Shown here: piece after piece, positions 26,196 to 39,051 of the stretch
Numbering within the stretch: position 1 is the stretch's first letter
How the letters are laid out: each line of letters starts with the position of its first letter
DNA from: Klebsormidium nitens
Lineage: Eukaryota > Plantae > Klebsormidiophyceae
Assembly: GCA_000708835.1 (NCBI GenBank)
Contig: DF237271.1
Span: 1 to 64,000 of the forward strand
Direction: 5' to 3'
DNA: 64,000 nucleotides
Notes under the pieces: generated by a model
What the model saw: only the letters and a program-made list of their open reading frames with translations
Told to the model about the DNA's origin: nothing
Databases searched by the model: none
Program-made: the position numbers and the translations under genes

Positions 26196-26634
26196 ATTCT
26201 GATCCTCAGCCATATTTGGCTTCATGCCCTCGGTCGTCTTCATCACCTCAGGAAGACTCTACTCTTATTAGCTGTCCCCACGTTTTGCCGTCACTTAATG
26301 CTCTTCGCAGGGAACTTCGACACAGACCTGTGAACACTCTGGTCCAAAAGGGCCTGTACAGCCTGAGCGAAGTATGAAGATCGACTTGAAGACCATCGAA
26401 GGCTTGCACGTTGACAGATGGACAACAGAATACTAAGAGTCGCTGAGATTGATGCAAGCTCTGACTGTCAATCAATGATCCAATGTAACCTGCTCAATTG
26501 TCAAGGTAAAAAAGATCCGTATAAACTTTAGAAAGATCGCTGAAATGTATAACCACTTCTTTGCCAAGTCCCTGCTATTATAAGGCTGCTACTTTTTTAT
26601 GTACAAAAGTGATAGCGACTATCGCCTACGGGGG

Positions 26635-27222
26635 CTAGCTAGTCTTGGCTCTAGGTGGCGGCTGTTCTCGAGCGAGCTTCCTGGAGAAGTATACCTGCAG
26701 AAAGAGAGTCGCAGACGTTGTTACAGTCCTGAAATCTCTTCAGCAGAAGCACTTTTTGAAGCACACTCAACAATGCAGTGGATAGCTGAAACGAATGCAG
26801 TCTAGATGAAAGATAGATACTCAAGTCTGATGCCTCGGAGTGAAACTGGTCTCGGCGCAACATATCACAATATGAATGGGAAGCTCTCCGCACTAACCAC
26901 CAATGATAACTACCACCCTTATGCATGGGATTGATATCAGCCTACTTTTTGCTTCTGTGCTCATTGCCAAAAGTGTCTCCCGTCTACAAGAACAGTACTT
27001 CAGACAGCGCATCAGCATTGGATCATTGCTTTGCTCAATTCCCAAAAACGGGACAGCAGGACAATCAAGGAGTTTCTGAATGAAGATAGGTCTAGTGCTA
27101 TTCACGAGATGCAGGTGATGACGAGCACTCACTAGCCCGACGATGTGAAAGAGGATTATAATTCCTACAAACACTAGCGTGTAATCCGGGCCCGCCTCCT
27201 TCTCCACCTTTTGTCGCGGCAT
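26635..27222 (-). CDS. Predicted 49-aa single-pass membrane microprotein (2 exons)
   Basis: Exon 27133-27222 MPRQKVEKEAGPDYTLVFVGIIILFHIVGL|gtgagt joined to ctgcag|exon 26635-26694 VYFSRKLAREQPPPRAKTS*. Canonical phase-0 splice sites, one hydrophobic helix, basic tail. Confidence 0.5.
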
Positions 27223-28814
27223 CTTTTGTGAGTCCTGCAGACTCCCTGTCTGAGATGTTCGTGCAAGAAACGACGCTGCCCCAATGAACGGAATCAGCGC
27301 TGATTCACCAACTGCTGGGGTCAATGCGCCCTGCTTTTCACTTGCATGTCAAGTCGAAACGATTCAGAGTCAGAGCTGAGACTCAGACTCAGAAGTCAGA
27401 AGTTCGGAACTTTACTAATAGTAGCAGATGGGAAAGGTTCAATCAGCGGTAACGCTCCACCGTTAGCACGGGACCCACCTGCTCGTTCTAGTTGCATGGA
27501 CGGATCGGTCCCCAGGAAAAATTTCATGCATGTGAGTCCGACCTGATCCTTGACCTGATCACACCTCTCCGGAAGGAATCTCATAGCCGGACAGCCGGTA
27601 CAATAAAGGATACCTAGGCCTCCCACCCTGAGTTGTGTGGCAGGGGCCCGACGTATAGGCCACGGACAATCAACCTTTGCGGACTTCCCACGGACTTATG
27701 CTTCTAAAAAGACGATGTCAATAAAACGATAAACATGAAGGATCACCTGCGAGCTTTCGGTCACCGCAAAATCAACCCGTATCAGATGCTGATTTTGTGG
27801 CTTGAATGCATGTGCACTTTAACGCCGGGTTTGCTATAATGGCTCGATCATAGTGCATAAAAGCCTAGGTAGGACCTAGACCAATACAATATGGTGAGAA
27901 CGTATTTATTGACTCGAGGGAGTAAGCTGCTGCATTCAAATACCGCAGTCGGCTTGCATGAGGTGGCGGCTTACGAATCGACTGAGTCCAAGTTAGTGCG
28001 GTACATAAGGTTACTAAATCATCCAAGGCTAGCCGTACGTACAAACTGGTCTCCGACTACCTAGCTTCTCAAAGCAAAAGATCCTCATTAACCTGCACTT
28101 TTGACGGATTTACCAGTCCTTGACGTACCCATTCTCGCAGTTGACAAGCTAACAACGGGCAATGACTACCTTTAGCAACTGAAGTGCCGATACTGACCAA
28201 AGAAGTAGACGCGAGCCTTTGATTTGATGCATAAATGAGCGCACACTTTTGCCAACTACCTCCTTGTACAGTTCCGTACTTGACGAATTGGACGAGAACC
28301 TTCACTTCATATCCTTCTTCATACCAGAACTTTAAGCACCTTGATATTAATCATATAAAACGTCCAATTAGTTATCCCTGTCTAAGCGAGCAGCTAAGCT
28401 TCCGCGGCCCCCACTTCGATTCGATGGCTGTTCAGTTCAAACTTTCTGCAGGCACAACATGGACACAGGAGCTTGAGAAAGAGCAAACGGGGACTGGAAG
28501 CAAGGCTTGCCGGAGCGTACCCTGACCCTGACGGAAGGCAGTCTGTGGTTCAAAAGAGTGCACACAACGAATCAAAGTTGGAAAAAAGGGCAGATTGCAC
28601 CATGGTGCAGGGCTGATACGTCCTTGCACATTCCACGAGGAAAAACAGCTGTGGTTTTGCAAGCGTTTCAGCGGACCGATTGCCGGCAAGCCTGGCGCTC
28701 ATCCTGTCGTTCCCTTCTCTATTTGGAAAAAATACACCAAAGACAGGCGTGCTGCGGGGTAAACGGCGAAGAAGCAGCCACATTTTCAAAGACAAAGCTA
28801 TCCGCTCACCTATG

Positions 28815-31800
28815 CTATGACGAGGGGGCTGGCGATTCCCAATCTTCGATGCCGAGCTCCGCTCTCTTCCTCTTCATATACTGCAGGGCTTCCTTTGGGG
28901 TCATCGTGGGGTGCCCGGGGAAGAAGTAAGCATGGAGCCTGCGACGGAAGAAATTTTACTACGTCATACTAATCGGGGGCTCCTGAAACGAGGATGATGA
29001 GCGCGTTGTTTGGAGTCGGCTTTTGATCCGCTTTTTGAGGAGGAGATGCCGCATTGCGTGAAATTCAAGCCTAGCAAATAACCTGTTCATAAGTCGGGTG
29101 CCAAGATACTGAGGCATCGTCCTGTACTGAGCAAAATCGTTGCTTTGGTCCTCCGAAAGAGTACCGTTTCAGGTTGTCCGTGGCAAATGTCTCGGTCCCG
29201 AAAAGGCGCCTAGAAGCAAGATTTTTAAGCAGCGTCACACAGACGAACAAGAACTCAAGATTGAACCTTGTCAAGTAGATTTACAGGCCTATACAATAAT
29301 CTGGCTAGCTCTAGGGTGTCAGCCTGGGTCACCAAATAGCCCCTCCGTTCGCTTCGGAACCAAATTCGCAGAGCTGAGCTTCGCGAGAAAGCACTGGATG
29401 GGGGATCCAGAAGATGCACGCGCCCGACTGCCAGATAAATGGATACAGATAAATTGGAGTCTTGTTATAGGACTGACGAAGCCCTGGTGTTTTCTGATGA
29501 TTCAAACAGGTTGGAAGGATCGAGCAGCCTACATGATGTGGAGCCACTTGAAGATGAAGAACTGGCTGCCAACGGACATGAGCTGCTCGAAGAAGCTCTT
29601 CCGGCGCTCGCCAGACTCGTTGGACCGTGCGAAGTGGGCCTTGTGTTTGTAGCCTGCAGACGGGAGAGGCGTAGACAAGTCAGTTCGCGTCATAGCCCTG
29701 AGGATGCTCTGGCAAAACACCTTATTTTAACACCGGTTGAGTCTCAAATGAAGTGATGTAGGTGGACGTTCCTTGTATGGAAGTTCTTTTCTATTCTGAA
29801 TTGAACGTACCATTGCAACCTTGGATTCCTGTCATGGCGTGTCTCATTCAACACGAGTCGCGGTTTGTAATTGCAGTCCACACAGCTCAAGAAAAGGTGC
29901 GGCACTGCTTTCAAACAGACAGGCAAAACGACATACAAATCTCTAAGGGAGCTTGTTGTCTCGATACCTCAAATAAAAAAAGTCTCAGTGCAACTGCTGG
30001 ATAGACGAAGTCGTTTCCTCTCCTTTGAAGCACTTTGAAGCCTCAAGCTTCGCAAGCAAAATACCATTCCGACCGGGCCGCTTACCAGTCGTCTTTCGGA
30101 TGGTCGACAGCAGCAGCTTCACTTTCGGCTTGTCCTCTTCGTGCCAGACCCGGCCCTCCGCGGCCTGTCCGATGGACCGCATGAAGCGCCACACGTCCTC
30201 CCGCTTGTCGAATACCGCCCTGCATAAACCAAGCAAGAATGCGGTTCCTTTTGATGTCGAGTAGACCCATGCTTTCTTCCAGCGGTCACACGTCAGATCA
30301 ATCAAATCTGACGTCATTTCAACAGACCTACTTGCGGCGTCGACGGTACGGTTCTGTATCGTTGCTGACTTCTGCCGACCGCACCGTCACACTTCCTCGA
30401 TCAAGCTGGTTTTATCCCCGAGTACAAGTCTATACTCTCCGCTTTACTGTTAAGACCGAGGCCCTCAGGTGTCACCATTCGCCGACGTCAAGGATTGTTA
30501 TCGAACACATTTACGTCGTCACCGAACGGGCACGCATACCTGTACAGATTTTCCGGACTTATAGCAGGCGGCGCGGGCGTCTCGTACTTGCCCGCCTTCC
30601 GCAGCTTCTCGTAGTCCTGCGACGCCTGCTTGTCAATCGCCGCATGTCCATAGTCAATGATCTTGAAATGCAAGCCCCGAAGATCGACACTGCGGGGAGA
30701 CAAAGAGGAAATCAGCATCTGGCTGCTCAGACTTCTTGAACGAGAGTAACAAGCGTCCCGCTGCAAACAAGAGCGGCCAGATTCGTGTTGTTGTCAAGGC
30801 AAGGCAGGGAAACATGGCTTGGGGTTGCAATCTCATGACCTTGCTGAGACTTGCACACGTTTCTCTGTACTCAGGGTGTGCCAGTGTGTACCATACCAGA
30901 ATCAAACCTTTTACCTGATCCCAGTGTTGACTGACACTTAGCAATTTGCGTATCCTTGACGACCTTCGACCCCTTGATGACTTTGCACTCACGCTTCTCG
31001 GGCCATTGAATCGAGTTTTGACGCGGACAACGTATTCCTTGCGATAAAGCCCACCATTCAAAGGGCGGGGCGCTCACCTGCTTCCGAACCTAACCTCATC
31101 CGAGTCTGTCTCTGCGTCTCCAGCCTCCCCCTCAATTCTGTGCTCCATCACGTTGCGGATATGCATATCCCCATGCCTGAACCCAATTGCATTCCGAGCT
31201 CTGTCAAGAGCCTCGAGCGCCTGGATCAGGAGCCAGTCGTTTATGAAATATCACATCACACCATGCTTGCCAGCAGGTTTCAACATCAGCCTTCAATAAT
31301 CTTACATTCGATCTTGAAAAGACTACTGATGATCAGGTATTTGTCTGTTCAATACTCTTCCCTCATCACTGATGTTTTTCGACCAATAAAGGGAGAGCGG
31401 ATGGTCTCGTATGCTGAAAGTGCTTTCACATTCGCCTCCCGAACCTGCAGCTTGGACACGCAAAAGGATGTAATTCTCCAAGCTAGTCTTGGATCGGCAT
31501 TTGGACGGAAAGTACTCGTGATGGAGAAACATCCGTCATCGACCATCTTTGAAACTAACAAACATTAACTTGCAACACTGCCCTTCTCAAACCAGCGTAC
31601 AATCATGATGGTACAGCCTAGGAACCGCCATACTAAGAAGAGGATCGGCTCCAGGAACAAGCACACAATTAAAGAGCATAACTTCCTACCTGCTTGACCA
31701 TCTCCAGGATGTAATCGATGTCGTTGAACTTCGCATCATCAAAGCGGTCCATGGCACCCTTCCCGTTCAGCTTCTCCAAAATGATCCCCAGGAGCGACCC

Positions 31801-33048
31801 ATCCTTATCGAGCACTTTGGACCCGGTTTGCATAAACCCTTGTAGGAAACCGTCGTCCTCATTCAGCAGGTTGAGCTTCCGGCCGATGGCCCACTCGCGC
31901 TCCAGCAAGACCAAGTCGCCCGTTACTTTGGCCTTCAGCTTGTGGTGAAGCAGCTTCAGGACGCGCCCTGTTACAGCACAACAGCACAGTAAGTCCTTGG
32001 GTAAGGAAGGCATGATTGTCGCGGAAGTTGAAGTCGGACATAACTAAGAGTGAGGATCTGTCTGCGAAGGTAGAAGTTGGAAACTTGAAGCTTAGATGCC
32101 AGTGTGGATTCTGATCGCGGGAGTGGCTGTTGGCGGATCCAAGACATGACTGGCATTGTGAATTCTGAGCTTCAATGTCAGGTGGGTTTATGACACATCG
32201 CATCGGGCGTGGCTACAATTAGATGTCGTCAAGCGTGTCTCCTAATAAGAATGATGAAAAGACTTGTCTGATCTTGGCATTGTCAACAGCGGGCAGAGCA
32301 GCACTGACATGTGTACTGCTCTGAACAACGGTTCAACTGTGAGTTCTATAGCAAGCCTCTGGTTGATCGCCTTCACTGAGATAACACGGTGGCTGCTATG
32401 TTATTTTGTTACTCGGAAGTTACTCGGAAGCTGAAAGAAAGAATTGACAGAATAATTCTCACAAGAATTTGTACGAAACTTGGTACAAAACTTGGTGACA
32501 AGCCTCCCCTCCTCATCTCATTCTGAGAGTCTCAACGCTGGTAAGGCTGAAAAGGTGCCAACAAGGCAGACCTTCCATATAACAGAAAGAATTGACTTAA
32601 GAGTATCAAATTCAGCAGCTGTTGCTATCCTTATGAGGACACACAAAGGCATACCTGCATCTTTTCCATCTTTCCCTTCAAGTGCGTACACAGCACCCTG
32701 CATTCCTTCCCCAAGTTGCTTGCCCAGTTTCCAGCCATTGGCAAGAATGCTCCCACTTTCTTCATTGAACTCTGGCAAGACCTGCACTTCATCCGGGTCA
32801 GTGGCAGTGTTTGGGGTCCTGACACTCGATTTGATGTCTCTTTGGGTGACGCCGTCAACCATACTCTTAGCTGCAGCTTGTTGTGACGGCATGGCGATGT
32901 CGTTGCTACTCCTGTCTGCCAGTGCAAGGTTTCGTGGTTGGACATTCGAGGCCTCCGCAATCCAGGGAGATGATAGGACCTCTGCAATGCCCAATGCCAG
33001 CAATGGTGAAAGCGAGGCTTTTAGAAGGGAGGGCTTGAGCCACCTCAT
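28815..33048 (-). CDS. Atypical protein kinase, paralog A (5' end unresolved)
   Basis: G-loop LGEGMQGAVY; exon 31690-31967 with GRVLK and LEREW; GFRHGDMHIRNVM; FKIIDYG; DVWRFMRS; exon 29533-29653; last exon LHAYFFPGHPTM...APSS*. Could extend upstream to an acceptor at 33147 or an ATG at 33328. Confidence 0.85.
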
Positions 33049-33616
33049 CGTCGTCCTCAAACGGCCTACCGCTAGCTGTCCTAGCGCAGCTCCATTCTGG
33101 TGCCAGCGAAGGCGAACTGAGCACTTGAGTTCAGGAAAACCAGTGCACTACAGCTTGCCAAGTGGCAACTTCAAGGGTCCACGTGGCCACAAGGTTGCGT
33201 CACCAGAGAAATCAGTTTAACAGGGGGTCCGATGCGCTCGCAGAAGAGCCCCACCCTTGACTGTGTTGGACTCTAAATGCTGATGTCAGGCGCTCAGTCA
33301 GATGCACAGCTGGCGAGCTGCACTGCATGCGAGGATTTGACACTGAAAGAAGCCCTCAGCCGCGGATTGCCGCAAGACCTCTTGTTGTGTCAGAGAACGC
33401 TCTTCCTTTGGTTGCAAAGTGGCGCCATTGGCTTTCGCTTCTTGTTGATCAGAGCTGCGGTTGTCCAGCTCTAAAATTGCTAGGGTCATGCTGGGTGACA
33501 CTGGGAGGAAGGGAGGAACTTGGTAGGTACTTGTAGAGCGCAGCAGCAGGAGGAGCCATCCAATTAGCTGCAAAACGGCAGGGTTAAATAGCACGCAGCT
33601 CCCTCCTAGGCTCGCA

Positions 33617-36600
33617 ATGCAGGCGCTCCACAACCGCTCCATTGCATCCCACGCCGCCCATCAGAAGCCGTATGCAACCTGGAAGTCCGCAGAGACCGTA
33701 GGATGCATCAATCCTAGCCTGTCAATTCGTAAGATCGTAAGCGCATCCCGCAAATCCCATCATCAGAGCCCCTGTTCCGTCGGACTTAGAACAACTGGTT
33801 ACTCAGCCGTCTGCTCTCACAGGAGCAATCACCGCCTTGCCTTAAAAGGGAGACATTACAGGAGAAGACACCCGTTTGTGATCAGAGACCTTGACTTCCC
33901 TCCACCTCCCAAGCCTGTGGTTCAGACCATTCGCTACATTGGGAAGAGGATGTCAGGCAACCGAGTACACGACTTTGCTTCGAGTCCCCGGTCAGTCCTG
34001 CACGAGGACATTGAGAAGGGACCTAAGGATGTGGTGACAGGAAGGAGGATCAAGAAGAGCTATAGGACCCCCAAAACTGCAACAGACCCTGAGGAAATTC
34101 AAGTCACTGGAGACTTTGTGGATGAGACTGGCCATGAACTGGCCAACGGATGGGTGCTGGGAAAGAAACTGGGCCAAGGGATGCAGGGCTCCATCTACTT
34201 GCTCAAAGACAAAGAAGGAAATGATGCAGGTGAGAGTTCCACTTCAGCCCTGCTCCACCCCATGCACAGAGGAGCAAGGCTGGCGATTGAGATGAAGAAG
34301 CTTATCTGACATGCAAGATGAGTCTGAAACTGCAGTACTCCGAAAAGTTGTCCATATTGATTTGGTTTGGACCAGGATAGGCTGCTGGGTAAGCAAAGAG
34401 GTTGGCGCCTTTCAAATGTGCATGCCTATCTTTGTCGCCCTAAGAATCTGGCCTCTTCACTTGCTATCTTTCCGGTTTGGATTGCTAGGAGATTAACCAA
34501 GGTGGTCATTGTCTGCAATTTGCAATCATAGGATTGAAATGTGCCCCGTCCCAATACAGCCAGTTGCAGAGAATCCTTGAAATTCTAGTGTGCCAGAAAG
34601 GACTTTGAAGCAACTTATTTCCTTATTTCCATTTCCAAAGCTGATTTCCAAGTTTGAATATTGATGGATCCAGGAATGGACTCAAAGTGACTGCCAACAC
34701 CAGTTCATTGTTTCTCTGTGCTTGTCAGCCTTCATGTCCTTGGCATTATTTCTCTCTTGGCATCAGACACTTTCTCTAGAGCACAGAAATGTCAATACTT
34801 TGGGAGGTATTTAGCCTCCATATCTCCCTGGATTGGAAGTACAACAATCTGCAGTTCTGCAGTTTACATTTTTCCCCACCCACCGCAGGCCGGGTCTTCA
34901 AGGAGGTAAACAACAAGAAGGCCGGTAAGGCGACTGGGAATCTGGTGGGACTGGAGCGCGAGTGGGCCATTGGGCGGAAGCTCAACCTGCTGGACGAAGA
35001 TGACGGTTTCCTGGAGGGGTTCATGCAGACGGGGTCGAAAGTGCTTGACAAGGACGGGTCCTTTATGGGGATGGTGCTGGAGAAGCTGAACGGGGGAGAC
35101 GTCCTGAAGCGCCTTGAGGACACCAAGTTCAATGACGTGGACTACATTCTGGCCATGGTCATGCAGGTAGGGTGGTCAGCCAAACTGTTTTGGTTTCAAC
35201 AACAAGAGTCAGGAGGAAGGACAGTCCTGCCAGGAAGGGCTGAACGGAGTCCTTTTAGAAGCCTGTTGAGGGACCCTTTCTTAGGGCAGGAAGGTACGGT
35301 ATTGGGTTACTAGCTTTCTCAGGCGTTGGAATAGACTTGAAGTAAGGCCTGCATCCTCGACCTCTCACTTATCTCTCATGCAAGTGCGCTGCTCTGGCCT
35401 CGCTTTGCCCTAGACCCCTAGCTTTTCCCTACCATCACCGCGAACGTTGCATCGCTTAAAATCTTCCCCTCCTACCTATCTTCTTTGCAAACTGAGCTGG
35501 CACAAGCAGAAAAGAGAACAGAGTGGTCTAAGGGTAACTTGAAATTGCAGGTCCTCAGAGCTTTGAACCGCGCGCACCACGCCATTGGTTTCCGGCACGG
35601 CGACATGCGCATCCACAACGTGATGGAGCACTTCGTCACAATGGAAAGCAACAAGGGCGACGAGCCTGCTGGGCCAGACAACTTCGGAGAAAGGTGCGTG
35701 CTTTATGTTTTTCCTTTACAATTGCTCGCTGCAGGATCGTGAAACCTTGTTGCTGCCAAAGTTTAAGGAACTTCAAAGCTGGCTGCTATCTTCAGCAAAA
35801 GGTGGTGTTAATTTGTTCTCTCTTGTATGGATGCGTTTGGCAATATCGAGGGGTCCGGCACAACGACGCTACGAAGAGCTTCTGAGCTCAAAAGTTGAGT
35901 GCAGGGTTGACATTGCGCTCTCATTCATTCCCTGGGCTCAGTCAAATCCTCGATTCTAAGACGGCAGCTTCGACCTTAACGCATTCGAATGTCATTCGAC
36001 AAGTTGTTGGCTAGCTTTGCATCTCCTTGCCAGAGCGTACTCTTTTAGAATGAAGAAAGGAAAAAGAATGTGTCAACTGAAACATCGGGTCAGCTAAAAC
36101 CAGGGTCAGCTGAAATCAGCAGCAAAAATGTGACTTAATTCGACAGAGTCGACCTGCGTGGGCTGCACTTCAAGATCATCGACTACGGGCACGCAGTTGC
36201 GGAGCACGAGAAGGCGACGGACCACGACAAGAGGCACAAAGCGCAGAGGTTCCACATGCCAAAAATACCGACGTTCAGCCTTGAGAAAGTCTACCGGTGA
36301 GCTTTTCTTTGTCTGTGGTTAGGTCTCAGGATTAGGATCTTCGGTCAGACTTGGTCTGAAATCGCGCAAATTGCTGGGAGATAACAAGAAACTAGGAGGA
36401 ACCGAACGCGTCTTTACAATTTGTCTTCATATGTTGGGAAACGAGTTCGGGAGATCAATGTTACGCCTATTCAGCTATCACCCTAAGATTGCCCACCTGG
36501 ATTGAGCCGCTGTACTCACACTTTCCTTGAAAGTCTGAATGTTGCTGGTTGACTGCGTGACCAGCTGCAAGTACCTGTGACAACGTCGCCAAAGCGTCCA

Positions 36601-39051
36601 ACGTGAATCCAGAGATCACAGCCAGCCCCACAAGCTTTCGTATGTGCATGCACAAGTTTCAGAATAGGGATTCGTTTTTGTATACTTATTCCTAGCCTTA
36701 GGGGTCTCTACCGTCCGGAACCGTGGGCGTCTTGTCAATCGGTTCACATTCAGGATTCTGTCCGCTCGTGGGATCTGTGAATCGTGGCCTTTTTACCGTC
36801 GATCCTCTCTGACGTCGTTTCGCCCTTGCTGCCGTCAGCTGGGTGTTCCGTGAGAAAGGCGACGTGTGGCGCTTCATGCGCTCGATCGGACAAGCCTGTG
36901 AGGGGCGGGTGTGGCGCAAGCAGGACGCGTTGAAGGTCAAGCTACTGCTACGGCTCATCTCCAAGACCACAGGTAATCATACGCCTTTCGTGGACAATTC
37001 TAGACCTTTGCGGCAGAGTGAATAGTTTTCTTGGGAATGTTCAGATCCGGCTTTCTTGGCGCAAGGAAGCCGGGCTGAAGGTGAACACTGTCGCTGCTGC
37101 TCGTCACGAAAAGCACACGTAATTTCGCAGGACCTTCCCTAAAAGATGAGTTGCTTCTGTAGTTTATCAGCTATTCCGGTGAACAACGTCAGAATCAAAG
37201 TGCAGCTCATTCTCGAACACACAGCTCTTATTCGAGGACATGTGGGGCTAGGGACCGGGCCAACAAAGCTACGACGCATGGGACTCTGCGGAGCAGATTC
37301 CACTGCTTCTTTTGACCAAGACACTTCTGTTGGATCATAACTTACTTGAACTTTTCCGAGCCGTGCATTTGAGGTCCGAGTAGTAGTGACAAGGTGGCCG
37401 TGATTTGAGCAAAAGACGGTTGAAGCTCGTCAATCTGCGTAAGCCTCTAGGCACTCTTGGTTGAAATTCATTCCTGTTGACTTGCGAGAACACTTTCGAA
37501 AAAGTGTAAGAGAGGCGGACCTCTGGTCGTTCCGAAATTATGCAATTTGACTGGTCCTTCGACCAAGATCGGAAGATAAGAGCCGCCCCCGTGCGCAGTG
37601 TCAATGTGCGCAACGCACCCTCGCACAACGTATGCGCCTAGATGTGTGCGCTATCCTTTAATCTCCCATTTTCTAAGAACGGATGCACACACGAAGAAAG
37701 GGGAATGAGCGAGGAAACGAAGACAGGTCACTGTTCCGTCCGACACGGCCTGAGCTCACGGAGGTGTTCTCTGTTGCTTCTGTACAGGTTACCACCACAG
37801 TGTGCAGTTCGCAGACTCGAAAGAGTCGGGCGAGCAGAAGAAGAGCCTCATCGAGAAGCTGTTGTCCGTGGGCAGCCGCCTCTTCTTCTTCAAGTGGCTC
37901 AACATCATGTGAGCGCCACTCTAAGTATCACTTGCACCTGCTTTGCACCTCTGCCAGTTTCCAAGTTCTGAATGGTACACAATTGTCTTGAATGGGAGAA
38001 GACTGCAAGCGTGCCAAGGCTTACCTTTTCGAGATGTACACTGAATGGGCGAAGGGTCGCCACAACATGCGGATGCCATTCTGCGCCTTTCTGGATCCAA
38101 TCCCTGTTGTCAACGAATGCCCTAACAGCCTTTTACGTAGAATTAAGTCGTTTGACGCCCTAAGCTCAATAAAGTTCAGCTGCGAACTCACCAACCCTCA
38201 GTTGCTTCTCATCGTTTCTCCGATGCACTCACTCTTACTCTGCCGAACCCTTAGCCCCACTTAGCCCAACCCTGGTTTCATCCAACTTAGTCTACCTTAA
38301 CACTAGCTTCACCTCGCTTTACTACACACGCTGCGTGCGTGCAAATTTTCGGGCCATCCCCGCGGCGGAAGTCCTGCAAACGATACTCCAATTCTTTCTC
38401 CCCGAACCCCCGAGCCCAACCCTGGTTTTATCCAAGTTTAGCCCACCCTAACCCTAGCTTGACCCTGCTTTACGCGCAGGTTGCGCGCGTACATCTTCCC
38501 CGGCCACCCGACCATGAGCGCGGCGGAAGCCCTGCAGTACATGCAAGAGCAGCGCGACAAGATCGGCCTCTCGGAGCGGGAGTTCCCGTGCGGCACTCTG
38601 GCGGTAAGTCCACCTCCCCTTCCAAGAGTAACGACGTCTTTTTAGGAAATTGCCATCTTGAGGGCTTCTCGTTCTCCTATTTGACAAGATTGGCCTCGTG
38701 GAGTGCGGGAAGCGGCGATTCCGAAGTCTTCGCGATCAGTAACACTTGTCTTTGTAGGAAAGGAAATACTCCCTTCAATTCAGGAAATACTTTCTGAAAG
38801 GGCTCGTCCGAGCCGTCTTTTTTTGGAATGTAATATACGTGACGAAGTTCGGATGCACGTTTGGCATCGTCCCTGGCTGCCTGGCTGTCCTTTCGCTGAC
38901 CCAAAAGGTATTGCACCCAGGGTGTCTAGCGTCAGACTGCTTGTTCTGCCTTCTGCATGTCAGTGGCAGCTAGGAGAAATGCCAGGAATTCCTTTTGGCG
39001 TGCTGACATCCGTGGTCTTTCCTGCAGTGGGGTGCGAACCAGATTGGCTAA
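33617..39051 (+). CDS. Atypical protein kinase, paralog B
   Basis: Exons approx 33617-34229 (LGQGMQGSIY), 34889-35166, 35551- (GFRHGDMRIHNVM), ~36153-36297 (FKIIDYG), ~36840-36972 (DVWRFMRS), 37788-37908, 38480-38603 (LRAYIFPGHPTM). Terminal exon 39028-39051 is tentative. Confidence 0.85.
38243..38537 (+). repeat. Duplicated intron end plus exon start in kinase B
   Basis: agcccaaccctggttt at 38263 and 38413; cgcggcggaagtcctgca (~38361) versus cgcggcggaagccctgca (~38520). Confidence 0.8.

Noticed and set aside
29140-29756. Plus-strand ORFs 29140..29652 and 29439..29756
   Set aside because: They are antisense shadows of kinase A's 121-nt exon (29533-29653), which has exact counterparts in B and C.
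32480-33220. 246-aa plus-strand ORF
   Set aside because: Antisense to kinase A exon 1; no domain recognised.
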